NCBI GenBank assembly: GCA_963799845.1
Contig: CAWCYI010000008.1
Location: forward strand, 23,490-87,489
Direction of reading: 5' to 3'
Length of the DNA stretch: 64,000 nucleotides
Origin: an uncultured Nitrososphaerota archaeon
Lineage (GTDB): Archaea; Thermoproteota; Nitrososphaeria; Nitrososphaerales; CADDZS01
Below are positions 28,203-37,465 of the stretch, piece after piece (position 1 is the first letter of the stretch; each line of letters opens with the position of its first letter). The translations under genes were made by a program, and so were the position numbers. Below the pieces are notes generated by a model. That model was not told where the DNA came from, ran no database searches, and worked only from the letters and a program-made list of their open reading frames with translations.

Positions 28203-28395
28203 TGTGCAATGCCCGAAAGGATTCGAAACCGTCTCATACAATCCAAAGGAATAACTTGAGGATCTCCTAAAGTACGTGTCACGTTTTGACCAAAGCGTAC
28301 CCGTTGATTTCTATGTATGCGAACTTTGCAAAGGTAGGATAAGTCCTTCGAATTGAGAATCATCTGCAGACGGTTCATCCAGAGGTTTTGAAGAA

Positions 28396-28635
28396 ATGAT
28401 CGACGAAGGAAAGAAATCAATCCTCGCGCACGATGCCAAGCTCCGCGCTCGCATGGAAGCGCTAAAGAGAATCCGAACGGGGATTGAAAAGGTCTTCGGT
28501 GAATACGGTGATGAGACGGGAATCAGAAAGCCGGTTCTTTTTTCCAAACTGGAAAAGATCCTCAATGGATCTGGGATCGCAAAAAAGACAAAAGGAAAAA
28601 GCAAGCTTCACGCTCCTACTGTTACGTCAGAATAA
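28396..28635 (+). CDS. Hypothetical basic protein
   Basis: GAGG upstream; natural composition. Confidence 0.5.
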   Translation: MIDEGKKSILAHDAKLRARMEALKRIRTGIEKVFGEYGDETGIRKPVLFSKLEKILNGSGIAKKTKGKSKLHAPTVTSE

Positions 28636-28773
28636 CTGAGATCTAATCATTCAACTTACTACTAGAAAGAAATCTCCCGGACAGTCTACTTTCTGCCGTG
28701 AAAGTCTTTTCGTTTTTGCCCTGCAAGAGTGCAAAAATTGGGCTTTGGTAAGAACTAGTCTGCTTTTCTCCTT

Positions 28774-28833
28774 GTTAACCCGCGTTTGATTTCTGGGTTT
28801 TGTTAACTTCCTGAGGATGTTCTTTCTGTTAAC
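28774..28833. repeat. Three spaced GTTAAC palindromes
   Basis: At 28774, 28802 and 28828, each preceded by T, in T-rich context. Confidence 0.45.
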
Positions 28834-28875
28834 TTTCGTGGGATGAGATTTTCCAATCCTCTTAAACTAGACTTC

Positions 28876-29337
28876 TTAGCATGTTGCTGTATACAAGAGC
28901 GTTTGAGTTGTATTGCTTCCTATGTTGTACACTGTTACTAAGCTAGTGTTGAACGTTGTAATAGTCGTGAGAGAAAGAGAGTAAGTCAAATTGCTTGTAG
29001 TCACTATTACCGCATAGAATCGCGTCGGAAGATTACTAGGCAATAGAAATGTAGTTGAATTGTAGCCAGACCCAAATCCGCCTTCAACTAAGCTAGAACA
29101 TCCAATTTGACTAACCCATGTAAAAACGGCTACTTGTATTGTCTGTGCGGTAATGGTGGCGGTCGAGCTAGGTGAACTATTTACTACTTGAAAAATTGTT
29201 TGATTGGAATTTATTGTTCGAGTTTGCACTAAAGAAACCGTTTTCGATCCAAAAAATTCACTTCCTATTGACATTCCGAGAGCGAGTGCTAAAATAATGA
29301 GGACAGCGGCGATCGAAACTATTTGCCGTACAGACAT
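28876..29337 (-). CDS. Membrane-anchored Ser/Thr-rich protein ending in Cys
   Basis: N-terminal TM; two Cys (QIGC, TATC*). Confidence 0.6.
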   Translation of the reverse strand: MSVRQIVSIAAVLIILALALGMSIGSEFFGSKTVSLVQTRTINSNQTIFQVVNSSPSSTATITAQTIQVAVFTWVSQIGCSSLVEGGFGSGYNSTTFLLPSNLPTRFYAVIVTTSNLTYSLSLTTITTFNTSLVTVYNIGSNTTQTLLYTATC

Positions 29338-29824
29338 ATCTTTATGAAAGAACGATCTGAGATCGTCTGATTTACGTGTATTGACTTTTTTCGAGGTTAG
29401 AACTTGTTTTTTCTGAACTCGTGTTCTGAATTAGTGTGAACCACATGTTTTGACGTCCAGGGAGCAAGTAAAAACTTTGGACTAGATCTGTAGCTTAATG
29501 GATGGGACAAACTAACTAAGAGGGAAAATCATCAGGCTCTGATTTTTCCATCTTGTACGGTTTTGTTTTCTCCTGCAGATTCAACACAGCTTCTTTATGC
29601 GCTCTCCAGATTACGGACAAAAGCGCATAGATTTGAATCCAGAAAGCTAAGGGTCTAGGGTTGAATTATTTCAAAGTCCACGTTTGCGATTGTCTGTTAC
29701 TAGATCTAATAGAGACTATCAGCGCATATATAGAAAAAAAGTCTGCACACGGTCAATTTTTGCGGATTCAGTAGTCTTTTCATCACACTCAAAGCGTAGA
29801 GAAGTGGTATAATAACATCTTGTT

Positions 29825-30922
29825 TTATCTTGTAACAAGAGTAATCACGTCCTCGTCCATCAGTCTGTGAGTGATGCCAACCTTCTGTCCGCCGAATTTT
29901 ACGCTCTTCCCCCATATCTGCGCGTATCGAAGATCTTCCTTCATCCTGCGGTGAAGTTTGTTGCAGATATCCAGAACGTTTGACCCGTTCTTTACAATCA
30001 GAGGTTCCTTCATGTCCGCATCCTGACCTCGAGGTTTCATGTAAATTCGGATGAAATCCAGTCTCTTGAAGATTTCCTCCTTTAGGGCGGCAATGTTTAC
30101 GTTCGATTCAGCGGAAACCGGGATGAATTTGTACGGAAGCTTGCTTGAGATCTCGTTGATGAAACCAGCGTTTACCAGGTCTACCTTGTTCATGACGGTT
30201 AGCGATGGAATGTAGACTCTGTTTGCGAGGAGAACGTCGACGAGCTGCTCGTCCGTAATATCCTCCCTGATGATTACACGTGCGCTGTTGATATCGTATA
30301 CGCGAAGTATCTCTTTGACGAGCTCCTCGGAGATTTTCGTGAGCTTTACCTGCACACTGACAGTGATTCCTCCGGATGACGTTGCCTCAATGACGACATT
30401 CGGCGGGCGCTCGTCCGACCTGATCCCGATGCCCCGGAGCTCTCGTCGTAGGACAGTCGCTGCTTCTGGCTGGAAAACATCTACAATGAACAGGATCAGG
30501 TCAGCATTTCGCGCAACCGCCAACACTCGTTTTCCAAGTCCCTTACCTGATGATGCGCCCTCGATAATCCCGGGCAAATCGAGAATTTGTATTCTGGCGC
30601 CCCGATAATCCATGACTCCAGGGACCACCGTAAGGGTGGTAAACTGGTAAGCGGCAACCTTCGATTTTGCATTCGTCATGCTGTTTAGCAGTGTGGACTT
30701 TCCAACGCTCGGAAGCCCCACCAAAACAACTGTCGCGTCGCCCGTCTTCTTGACGTCGTAACCAATTTGACTGCCGCCGCCCCGCGACTGCTGGTCCTCC
30801 TGCTCCCTTTTGAGCTTCGCCAGTTTTGCCTTGAGCAGGCCGACATGGTGCTCAGTCTTCTTGTTGACCTGAGTCCTGTGAATGTCGTCCTCAATTTTCT
30901 TGATTTTTTCCGGGATTCCCAA
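29825..30922 (-). CDS. drg: DRG/OBG-family GTP-binding protein with TGS domain
   Basis: GLPSVGKST, YQFTT, DLPG, NKVD, WGKSVKFGGQKVG. Confidence 0.95.
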   Translation of the reverse strand: MGIPEKIKKIEDDIHRTQVNKKTEHHVGLLKAKLAKLKREQEDQQSRGGGSQIGYDVKKTGDATVVLVGLPSVGKSTLLNSMTNAKSKVAAYQFTTLTVVPGVMDYRGARIQILDLPGIIEGASSGKGLGKRVLAVARNADLILFIVDVFQPEAATVLRRELRGIGIRSDERPPNVVIEATSSGGITVSVQVKLTKISEELVKEILRVYDINSARVIIREDITDEQLVDVLLANRVYIPSLTVMNKVDLVNAGFINEISSKLPYKFIPVSAESNVNIAALKEEIFKRLDFIRIYMKPRGQDADMKEPLIVKNGSNVLDICNKLHRRMKEDLRYAQIWGKSVKFGGQKVGITHRLMDEDVITLVTR

Positions 30923-31167
30923 CGCGAGCCAAACCTGAGAGAGAAGTATCTTATCTATAGAGCGCTTTACTGTCTTATATCTAATTCACCACGATTTCCA
31001 CATTTGCGTGATTCCCGAGAGGTGTGTTATTCTGGAACGGAATTGCTTCGATTCAATTCACGCACCTATCAGTGAGTGAGTGCAATGATTAGAGCATGTA
31101 TCCTGATCAATAATACTTTGACGAACACTTTAGAAACTATAGTTCTGGTACAAATTGTGTTTCGAAG

Positions 31168-31326
31168 TTGATCTGTGACAAATGCCGCGCCGGGCAAATG
31201 GTTGAATATGAAAGAACCATGTTGAACGGCGATAAGAAAACTAGAATCCTTGGACGCAAATGCGACCGGTGCGGTTACACTCAGCTTGATAGTGATGACG
31301 ACATATGGTCGATCGTCGGGCTCTAG
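31168..31326 (+). CDS. Small zinc-ribbon protein (YgiT-like), below ORF-track cutoff
   Basis: LICDKCRAGQM...RKCDRCGYTQ. Confidence 0.6.
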   Translation: MICDKCRAGQMVEYERTMLNGDKKTRILGRKCDRCGYTQLDSDDDIWSIVGL

Positions 31327-31372
31327 TCATCGGAATCAAGCATTTGATAATCATTTTTCGCATTGAATCACC

Positions 31373-32224
31373 TTGAGCACTCTCACAGAGTTTATGATCG
31401 AAAATTATGCCAAAGCCGTCAGCATAGATCTTGCAAGCTGGCTGGAACTTAATCAGCTACCAAGCTTTTGCGAGGCGAAGCAGGATGGCTTTCGAGTTTT
31501 TCTATTCAAGAGTCGCGAAAAAATTCTTCTTACGACCCGTCACGGTGTCATTTATTCCGAGTCAACTCATCCAAAGTTATTCAAAAGAATCGAAGTCCTG
31601 AAGGGTGTAGAGATTCCAGAGCGACTCGTTCTAGACGGAGAATACATTTCACCAGACGAACTGCGAATCTTCGATGTCCTGAGGGTTGGGGAGGACGATC
31701 TGACCGGCCGGATTCTTACCGAAAGGAAGAAAGTTCTTTCAGAACTTCTTACAGATCAGAGAAAGTTTCTTCAAGTTCCATCAGAGCTAAAGAATTCTTT
31801 TCAGGAGATAATGGAGTACAAAGATGAGCAACTCTCATTGGGAAAAGAGGGGATAATCGTCAAAAATCCATTATCAACATACGGTCAGAAAAACTCGTGG
31901 CTCAAACTGAAGAGACATGATACTATCGATTGTTTTGTAACAGGGATCGAAAGAACCATCGAAATGGACAGAACTGGAATCCCTCATTCCTGGTTCGTCG
32001 GCTTGTACAACGAATCGGGCGAAGTCGTCGATATGGGAAAGGTCGGAACTTATCTTAAGGAGGTTGATCCTTCAAAGATTGACGTGGGGACAGTTGTGGA
32101 GCTCCAGTTTCAGGAGATCACCGACGACAAGAAATTCCGCGGACCTTTTATTATTAAAATCCGGGACGATAAAACTATGAAAGAGTGCACAACCTCCCAG
32201 GTTCCAATCCATGATAAAGCATGA
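31373..32224 (+). CDS. Minimal ATP-dependent DNA ligase (NTase + OB)
   Basis: EAKQDGFR, VLDGE, IFDVL, EGIIVK, WLKLK, FRGP..IRDDK. Confidence 0.88.
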   Translation: MSTLTEFMIENYAKAVSIDLASWLELNQLPSFCEAKQDGFRVFLFKSREKILLTTRHGVIYSESTHPKLFKRIEVLKGVEIPERLVLDGEYISPDELRIFDVLRVGEDDLTGRILTERKKVLSELLTDQRKFLQVPSELKNSFQEIMEYKDEQLSLGKEGIIVKNPLSTYGQKNSWLKLKRHDTIDCFVTGIERTIEMDRTGIPHSWFVGLYNESGEVVDMGKVGTYLKEVDPSKIDVGTVVELQFQEITDDKKFRGPFIIKIRDDKTMKECTTSQVPIHDKA

Positions 32225-32259
32225 GCTAGCGAATCTTGATATGGCGTAGGGTACAAACA

Positions 32260-32694
32260 TTAAAGTCTCTTTCTGGATTCAAAGTCTGGGTCACAAAGTT
32301 CCACCAGTATATTTGATGTAAACTTTGGATGACAGAAATTCACCGGATAACCCATCACGCCAATCATCGGGTTTTTATAAATCGTATCTACTCCTAAAGT
32401 TTCCAAATCCATCGCGACATTTTTCAGATCAGAGTCCACGGAGAAAGCAATGTGGTGGATTGAATTTCGCCCTTGTTTTTCAAGAAATCTAGCAACAGTA
32501 CCGGAATTGTCTGTCGGTTCCATCAGTTCGAGGACGCAATTCCGGGTTTCAGCGAGTGCAATCGCGAGTCCGGTAGATCTCGAGTCGATCCTGTCGGACA
32601 CCTTCAGACCGAACTTTGAACTAAAAGTGCGAGTGGCTTCTTCCAAATTGAGAACCGCAATTCCGACATGGTTCAGTCCAGTTACCTTGAACAA
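32260..32694 (-). CDS. mce: Methylmalonyl-CoA epimerase (VOC family)
   Basis: NHVGIAV, LELMEP, FLEK, HHIAF, FCHPK..ILVEL. Confidence 0.85.
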   Translation of the reverse strand: MFKVTGLNHVGIAVLNLEEATRTFSSKFGLKVSDRIDSRSTGLAIALAETRNCVLELMEPTDNSGTVARFLEKQGRNSIHHIAFSVDSDLKNVAMDLETLGVDTIYKNPMIGVMGYPVNFCHPKFTSNILVELCDPDFESRKRL

Positions 32695-32808
32695 ACTGTG
32701 TCACTTTTCGATGAACACTTTCAACGAAATAAATTAATCAAGATATTACATGCCTACTTCATTAATCGATTTTCTCTTCCAGCGAAAGCGGATGAATAGT
32801 TGATAGGA

Positions 32809-33150
32809 TCAGTTTCGAGAATCGACCAAATCATCTTTGATGAACTTTGCTTTCGCAGCCTCGACGCAATTGGCAAACTCAGTGAATTGATTGTCAATTT
32901 CAAAATACTTGCATATGCCGCCTATGAGTTTTTTCTTCAAATCGGTCGAATTATGCTTGAACATCTTGTCTAAATTGGACCAGTATTTCTTGGGGTCCTT
33001 CACCGCTATTCGTGGATCAATGAAGAAAGCTATTGAGCTTGCAGCTTGAATTCCCAGAGCACTTTCCAGCCCGATGTTGATACCTTTGGTTAGCTTTTGG
33101 CTAAAGGTCAATCTCTCGATGTAGGCCGAACTGCTTTGCAAAAGAGCCAC
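32809..33150 (-). CDS. DUF3227-like small archaeal signalling output protein (tentative)
   Basis: LESALG...IAFF...DPKKYWSNLDKMF pattern. Confidence 0.45.
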   Translation of the reverse strand: MALLQSSSAYIERLTFSQKLTKGINIGLESALGIQAASSIAFFIDPRIAVKDPKKYWSNLDKMFKHNSTDLKKKLIGGICKYFEIDNQFTEFANCVEAAKAKFIKDDLVDSRN

Positions 33151-33153
33151 TCG

Positions 33154-33576
33154 CTAATTTTTCCGTTCAGCCTTTTCCTTGATGACTTCGACATCCGTTT
33201 TGTCCGAAGCAGATACTTTTTTTGTCTTTCTATGCGCTGTCATGCCGAACGCCTTGTACGCTCTCCAGAGCACGAAACCAGAGAGGAATGCCATGGAGAA
33301 CGAATGAACGATCAGCCCGTCTAGTTCGTATTGTGCAAGAGCCGGGAGATAACCGAGATTGATGGCTATCGCAGGAACTTCTGCCATAACAACTACAAGG
33401 ACAAAAACGTACAATTCAAACTGAAAGGAGCTGACCGTTCTGCTACGCATGGATAGCGCGGCAATGAGACCAAATGCTATGAAAATCAGGGCCAGGCTAA
33501 GGTAACCTGTCGCTGTAACCAACATCTGAGAGGAGGGACTCGTCGGATCGAAACTGAGAAGTACAGGATCAAACAT
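33154..33576 (-). CDS. Three-TM membrane protein
   Basis: Hydrophobic helices; FQFEL, MAEVP, LIVHSFSM. Confidence 0.65.
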   Translation of the reverse strand: MFDPVLLSFDPTSPSSQMLVTATGYLSLALIFIAFGLIAALSMRSRTVSSFQFELYVFVLVVVMAEVPAIAINLGYLPALAQYELDGLIVHSFSMAFLSGFVLWRAYKAFGMTAHRKTKKVSASDKTDVEVIKEKAERKN

Positions 33577-33582
33577 GAAAAT

Positions 33583-33888
33583 CTAACCTGCCCGTTTAAG
33601 ATAATACGCGCTGAATGCGACCAGCACGATCCAGCTTAGGGGTTGGATGACGGTTTCTCCCAAGAACCCAATGAATGCAGAATTGTACGCGATGTTATAA
33701 AATGCAGTAAAATGGTATAAGCCGTGGATTACAAGAAACAGCGCCAATAAGGTTGTAAGTATCCTTAGAGGACCTATTCCGTTTTTCATCCGTAAAGCGA
33801 GAAAAATTGTCAAAATTGCCGGAACAATTATGACCAAAGCGTCGGTAAGATTGAGGATTGCCTCTATGCTAAAGCCCAAATTAGCCAA
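33583..33888 (-). CDS. Three-TM membrane protein
   Basis: Hydrophobic helices; IHGLYH. Confidence 0.65.
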   Translation of the reverse strand: MANLGFSIEAILNLTDALVIIVPAILTIFLALRMKNGIGPLRILTTLLALFLVIHGLYHFTAFYNIAYNSAFIGFLGETVIQPLSWIVLVAFSAYYLKRAG

Positions 33889-34153
33889 AAATGATAGCGG
33901 AATCTTGTTTCTAAAGCCGTTATCGTTTTGGAATAAGTACGTGTTATTCTATGACAAAATCCTTCTTCTCCTTGAAGGGCTCTCCGCCTCAATGCCCAGA
34001 ATCGATATCTGTCTCTTCAAACAATCAAGTTCCAATTTTTCTATTCTTGAAACCGTGACGTCCGGAATCTAGCAACATCCTAAACAGTTTATTTTTCGAA
34101 GGAGAGAATCATATTATGTCATACATATAATATATAGTCTTAAATGCAAAGAA

Positions 34154-34675
34154 ATGCATGGTTCTGCGCTGAATTTTTCGTTGACAACAACTCAAATCAA
34201 TAAGCAGATCCTGACTTCTGGCATAGTTAACCGGAAAAAGAAGACAAAACTCGGAGTGGTGAGCACAATTTGCCTCGCAAAGACTCACGATTCTCGCACT
34301 AACGATGAAGTCGTAATCCCAATCCATGGGAGCTTCAAGAATAGACCGGAAAGAATAGTGGAAATTCTGAAGGTAATCGATATGGAAATCGAAAACGGCT
34401 ATGCGCCGCTTCTCATCCATTGCAAGAATGGCCGGGATCGTTCTCCGACGATAGCAGCATTATACTTGTTTTACAAGGGCAAGTTTGACGACTTTGATTC
34501 TGCTTTGGAACACGTCAAAAGTAAGAACAGCTCAATAAAACCGAATAAGGAATTCGTGAAATTCATCGGCGAACAGGTCTTGCATCTGATAGACTCAGAA
34601 GACACCGGGAAAGATCTGAGGAAAAGCCAAAGAGACAGCCACGCGAAACAGGCCGCGACTGAAAAACCTGAATAG
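34154..34675 (+). CDS. Dual-specificity protein phosphatase family protein
   Basis: LLIHCKNGRDRS (CX5R), YL, IKPN..F. Confidence 0.85.
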   Translation: MHGSALNFSLTTTQINKQILTSGIVNRKKKTKLGVVSTICLAKTHDSRTNDEVVIPIHGSFKNRPERIVEILKVIDMEIENGYAPLLIHCKNGRDRSPTIAALYLFYKGKFDDFDSALEHVKSKNSSIKPNKEFVKFIGEQVLHLIDSEDTGKDLRKSQRDSHAKQAATEKPE

Positions 34676-35037
34676 AGAAGAGATCTTTTCCTCCCATTAC
34701 TGGAAAACTTCGCTGACCGTGACGAGCGAAATCGTTCGTCATGATCATTCTTTCTCCCTAATTCAGAGATTTCATGTGCCTATTGGATGGACACGCGAAT
34801 AGGATAGGTCTGTTCTGTTTCGTTTCTTGCTTTCTTTTCCCTTTGCCTTTTGTCCCGCCCTAATTTGTTTAGACATTTATTGAACAGAGTAATCAAGTGC
34901 GTACTAGTACTTAAGGAACGAAAATAGATGATCTGAAAATAATTGGTTAATTTATCCAAGAAAGGCTTCCGTTTCATGTCGACTTGGTTATCTGAGGGAA
35001 GAAATGTGATTGGTTTGTATCAATATTTTGGCAGAAA

Positions 35038-37395
35038 TTGAGTAACTGGTTTTCATATCCCGAAATCTCACCTTCACGAGGATGCCACAAGTGTGAAGAG
35101 TTCGTGACAGAAACCATTCGGAAGATCGCGTTTCTCGGCGACTATTTGCCGCGCAAATGCGGCATTGCCACGTTCACGAAGGACTTGTACTCCTCTTTTG
35201 CGAAAGAGTTTCCGGCGATCCATTGCTCGGTCGTGTCAGTCAACGATGTCGAAGGTGGCTATGATTACCCAACCGAAGTGAACTTCGAGATTGCGGAGCA
35301 GGACTTGACGTCCTACCTGCGCGCATCAGATTTCCTCAACATTACGGGAGTTGACGTCATTTGCGTGCAGCATGAGTTCGGCATTTTCGGCGGGCCATCC
35401 GGCAGTCATGTGCTGTCGTTGCTACGCGAGCTGCGAATGCCCATCGTCACTACTCTTCATACGATTCTCCGCGAGCCCAACGCAGAGCAGCGACTTGTGA
35501 TGCGCGAATTGATCGGACTTTCGACGCGACTCGTGGTCATGACTGAGCAGGGCCGGGAGTTGCTTCAGGAAGTCTATCATGCAGCGTCACGCAAGATAGA
35601 CCTCATTCCGCATGGCATTCCCGACATAACGTTTTCAGCCCCGAATTTTTTCAAAGAATTCGACGTGGAGGGCAAGCAAGTCCTGCTTACGTTCGGACTG
35701 CTCTCGCCGAACAAGGGCATTGAGTACGCATTTCGTGCGTTGCCGGACATTATCCGGGAATTTCCGAACATCGTCTATATTGTGCTGGGAGAGACGCATC
35801 CGAATCTGCTCCGCGAGGAAGGCGAGGCTTACCGACTGAGTCTGGAGCGACTGGCTAAAGTCCTTGGCGTGGATAAGCATGTTGTGTTCTTCAATCGCTT
35901 CGTTGAATTGGATGATTTGAAGCGGTTCATCGGTGTGGCGGACATTTATCTGACACCTTACCTAACGGAGGCTCAAGTCACTTCGGGCACACTAGCCTAC
36001 GCATTTGGGTCAGGCAAAGCGGTGGTGTCCACGCCCTACTGGCATGCGGCGGAGTTGCTGGCAGCGGGTCGCGGCAAATTGGTGCCATTCCGCGATGCAA
36101 AGGCTATCTCCGTCGCCGTGATCGAACTTCTTCGCGATGATCCGCTGCGCGACTCGATGCGGAAAAACGCTTACAAGATAGGACGCGACATGGTTTGGAT
36201 ACGTGTGGCGCAGCTCTACATGAAGTCTTTCGAGCAAGCGCGCAGGGATCACGACTTAATTGGATATGAATTACCACCCATCAAAATGCTCGACAAACAG
36301 CGCGGCCAGTTGCCGGAGATGAAGCTCGATCACCTGTTTCGGATGAGTGATTCGACAGGCATGTTCCAGCATGCGAGCTTCACCGTGCCGAATTTCGCCG
36401 AAGGCTATTGTACGGATGATAATGCACGTGCCTTAGTGCTGTCGCTGATGTTGCAAAATTTGGGCCATGGCTCATCGCGCCTCAGCACGCAGGCGGCAAC
36501 CTATGCCGCATTTCTGAATCACGCATTCGACCGTAAGCGCAAGCGCTTCCGCAACTTCATGAGCTTCGACCGACGCTGGCTGGAGGAAGTCGGCTCTGAG
36601 GATTGTCATGGTCACGCGCTGTGGGCATTGGGGCTGTGTGCGTCACAGGCCAGCCAGGATAGTTTTCAAATGTTGGCGGTGGAATTGTTCGAACAGGCCG
36701 TACCCTTGGCCGCCGAGTTTACGTCGCCGCGTGCGTGGGCGTATACTCTCATCGGCATTGATGAATATTTGCGACACTCTAGTGAGGACCGGCGGGCGAA
36801 CCAGATTCGTGAATTGCTCACGGCAAAACTCGTGCAGCGCTACGCTGACGCTGCCACAGACGAGTGGCAGTGGTTCGAAGAAGTGCTCTCTTATGCCAAT
36901 GCAACGCTGGCGCACGCAATGATTCTAAGCGGGCGCAGCATGAATAACGGAACTATATTGGAACTCGGCCTCTTGACGTTGCGGTGGCTGACAAAAATTC
37001 AGACTTCTGATGAAGGCTCCTTCCGGCCGATCGGCTCAAATGGATTTTTTCCACGTGGCAAGGAACGCGCGACCTTTGATCAACAACCCATCGAAGCACA
37101 AGCAACAGTTTCTGCCTGCATCGAAGCGTATCACGCAACGAGTGATGAGATTTGGGTCACGGAAGCGTGGCGTGCTTTTGAATGGTTCCTCGGTAGAAAC
37201 GACTTGAGACTGACACTCTATGATTCGACCACAGGGGGCTGTCGGGACGGATTGCATGTGAACCGTCTGAGTCAAAACCAGGGTGCCGAGTCCACACTCG
37301 CTTTCTTGCTCGCACTCACGGAAATGGAGTCACTGCAGAACACCATCGATCTTCAAGGAACCAGCATGACAAGCGCACGGGCACAGATTTTGTAG
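35038..37395 (+). CDS. GT4 glycosyltransferase with C-terminal six-hairpin-like domain (start probably GTG ~35104)
   Basis: PRKCGIATFT, QHEFGIFGG, TSGTLAYA, STPYWHA, GYCTDDNARAL, DQQPIEA, NQGAEST. Confidence 0.9.
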   Translation: MSNWFSYPEISPSRGCHKCEEFVTETIRKIAFLGDYLPRKCGIATFTKDLYSSFAKEFPAIHCSVVSVNDVEGGYDYPTEVNFEIAEQDLTSYLRASDFLNITGVDVICVQHEFGIFGGPSGSHVLSLLRELRMPIVTTLHTILREPNAEQRLVMRELIGLSTRLVVMTEQGRELLQEVYHAASRKIDLIPHGIPDITFSAPNFFKEFDVEGKQVLLTFGLLSPNKGIEYAFRALPDIIREFPNIVYIVLGETHPNLLREEGEAYRLSLERLAKVLGVDKHVVFFNRFVELDDLKRFIGVADIYLTPYLTEAQVTSGTLAYAFGSGKAVVSTPYWHAAELLAAGRGKLVPFRDAKAISVAVIELLRDDPLRDSMRKNAYKIGRDMVWIRVAQLYMKSFEQARRDHDLIGYELPPIKMLDKQRGQLPEMKLDHLFRMSDSTGMFQHASFTVPNFAEGYCTDDNARALVLSLMLQNLGHGSSRLSTQAATYAAFLNHAFDRKRKRFRNFMSFDRRWLEEVGSEDCHGHALWALGLCASQASQDSFQMLAVELFEQAVPLAAEFTSPRAWAYTLIGIDEYLRHSSEDRRANQIRELLTAKLVQRYADAATDEWQWFEEVLSYANATLAHAMILSGRSMNNGTILELGLLTLRWLTKIQTSDEGSFRPIGSNGFFPRGKERATFDQQPIEAQATVSACIEAYHATSDEIWVTEAWRAFEWFLGRNDLRLTLYDSTTGGCRDGLHVNRLSQNQGAESTLAFLLALTEMESLQNTIDLQGTSMTSARAQIL

Positions 37396-37465
37396 ACTAG
37401 ACCGTCAACTTTGATCAAGGCTGGCAAATAATCGTCCTTGGTCAAAACATCCCCGCCGACGAAAT

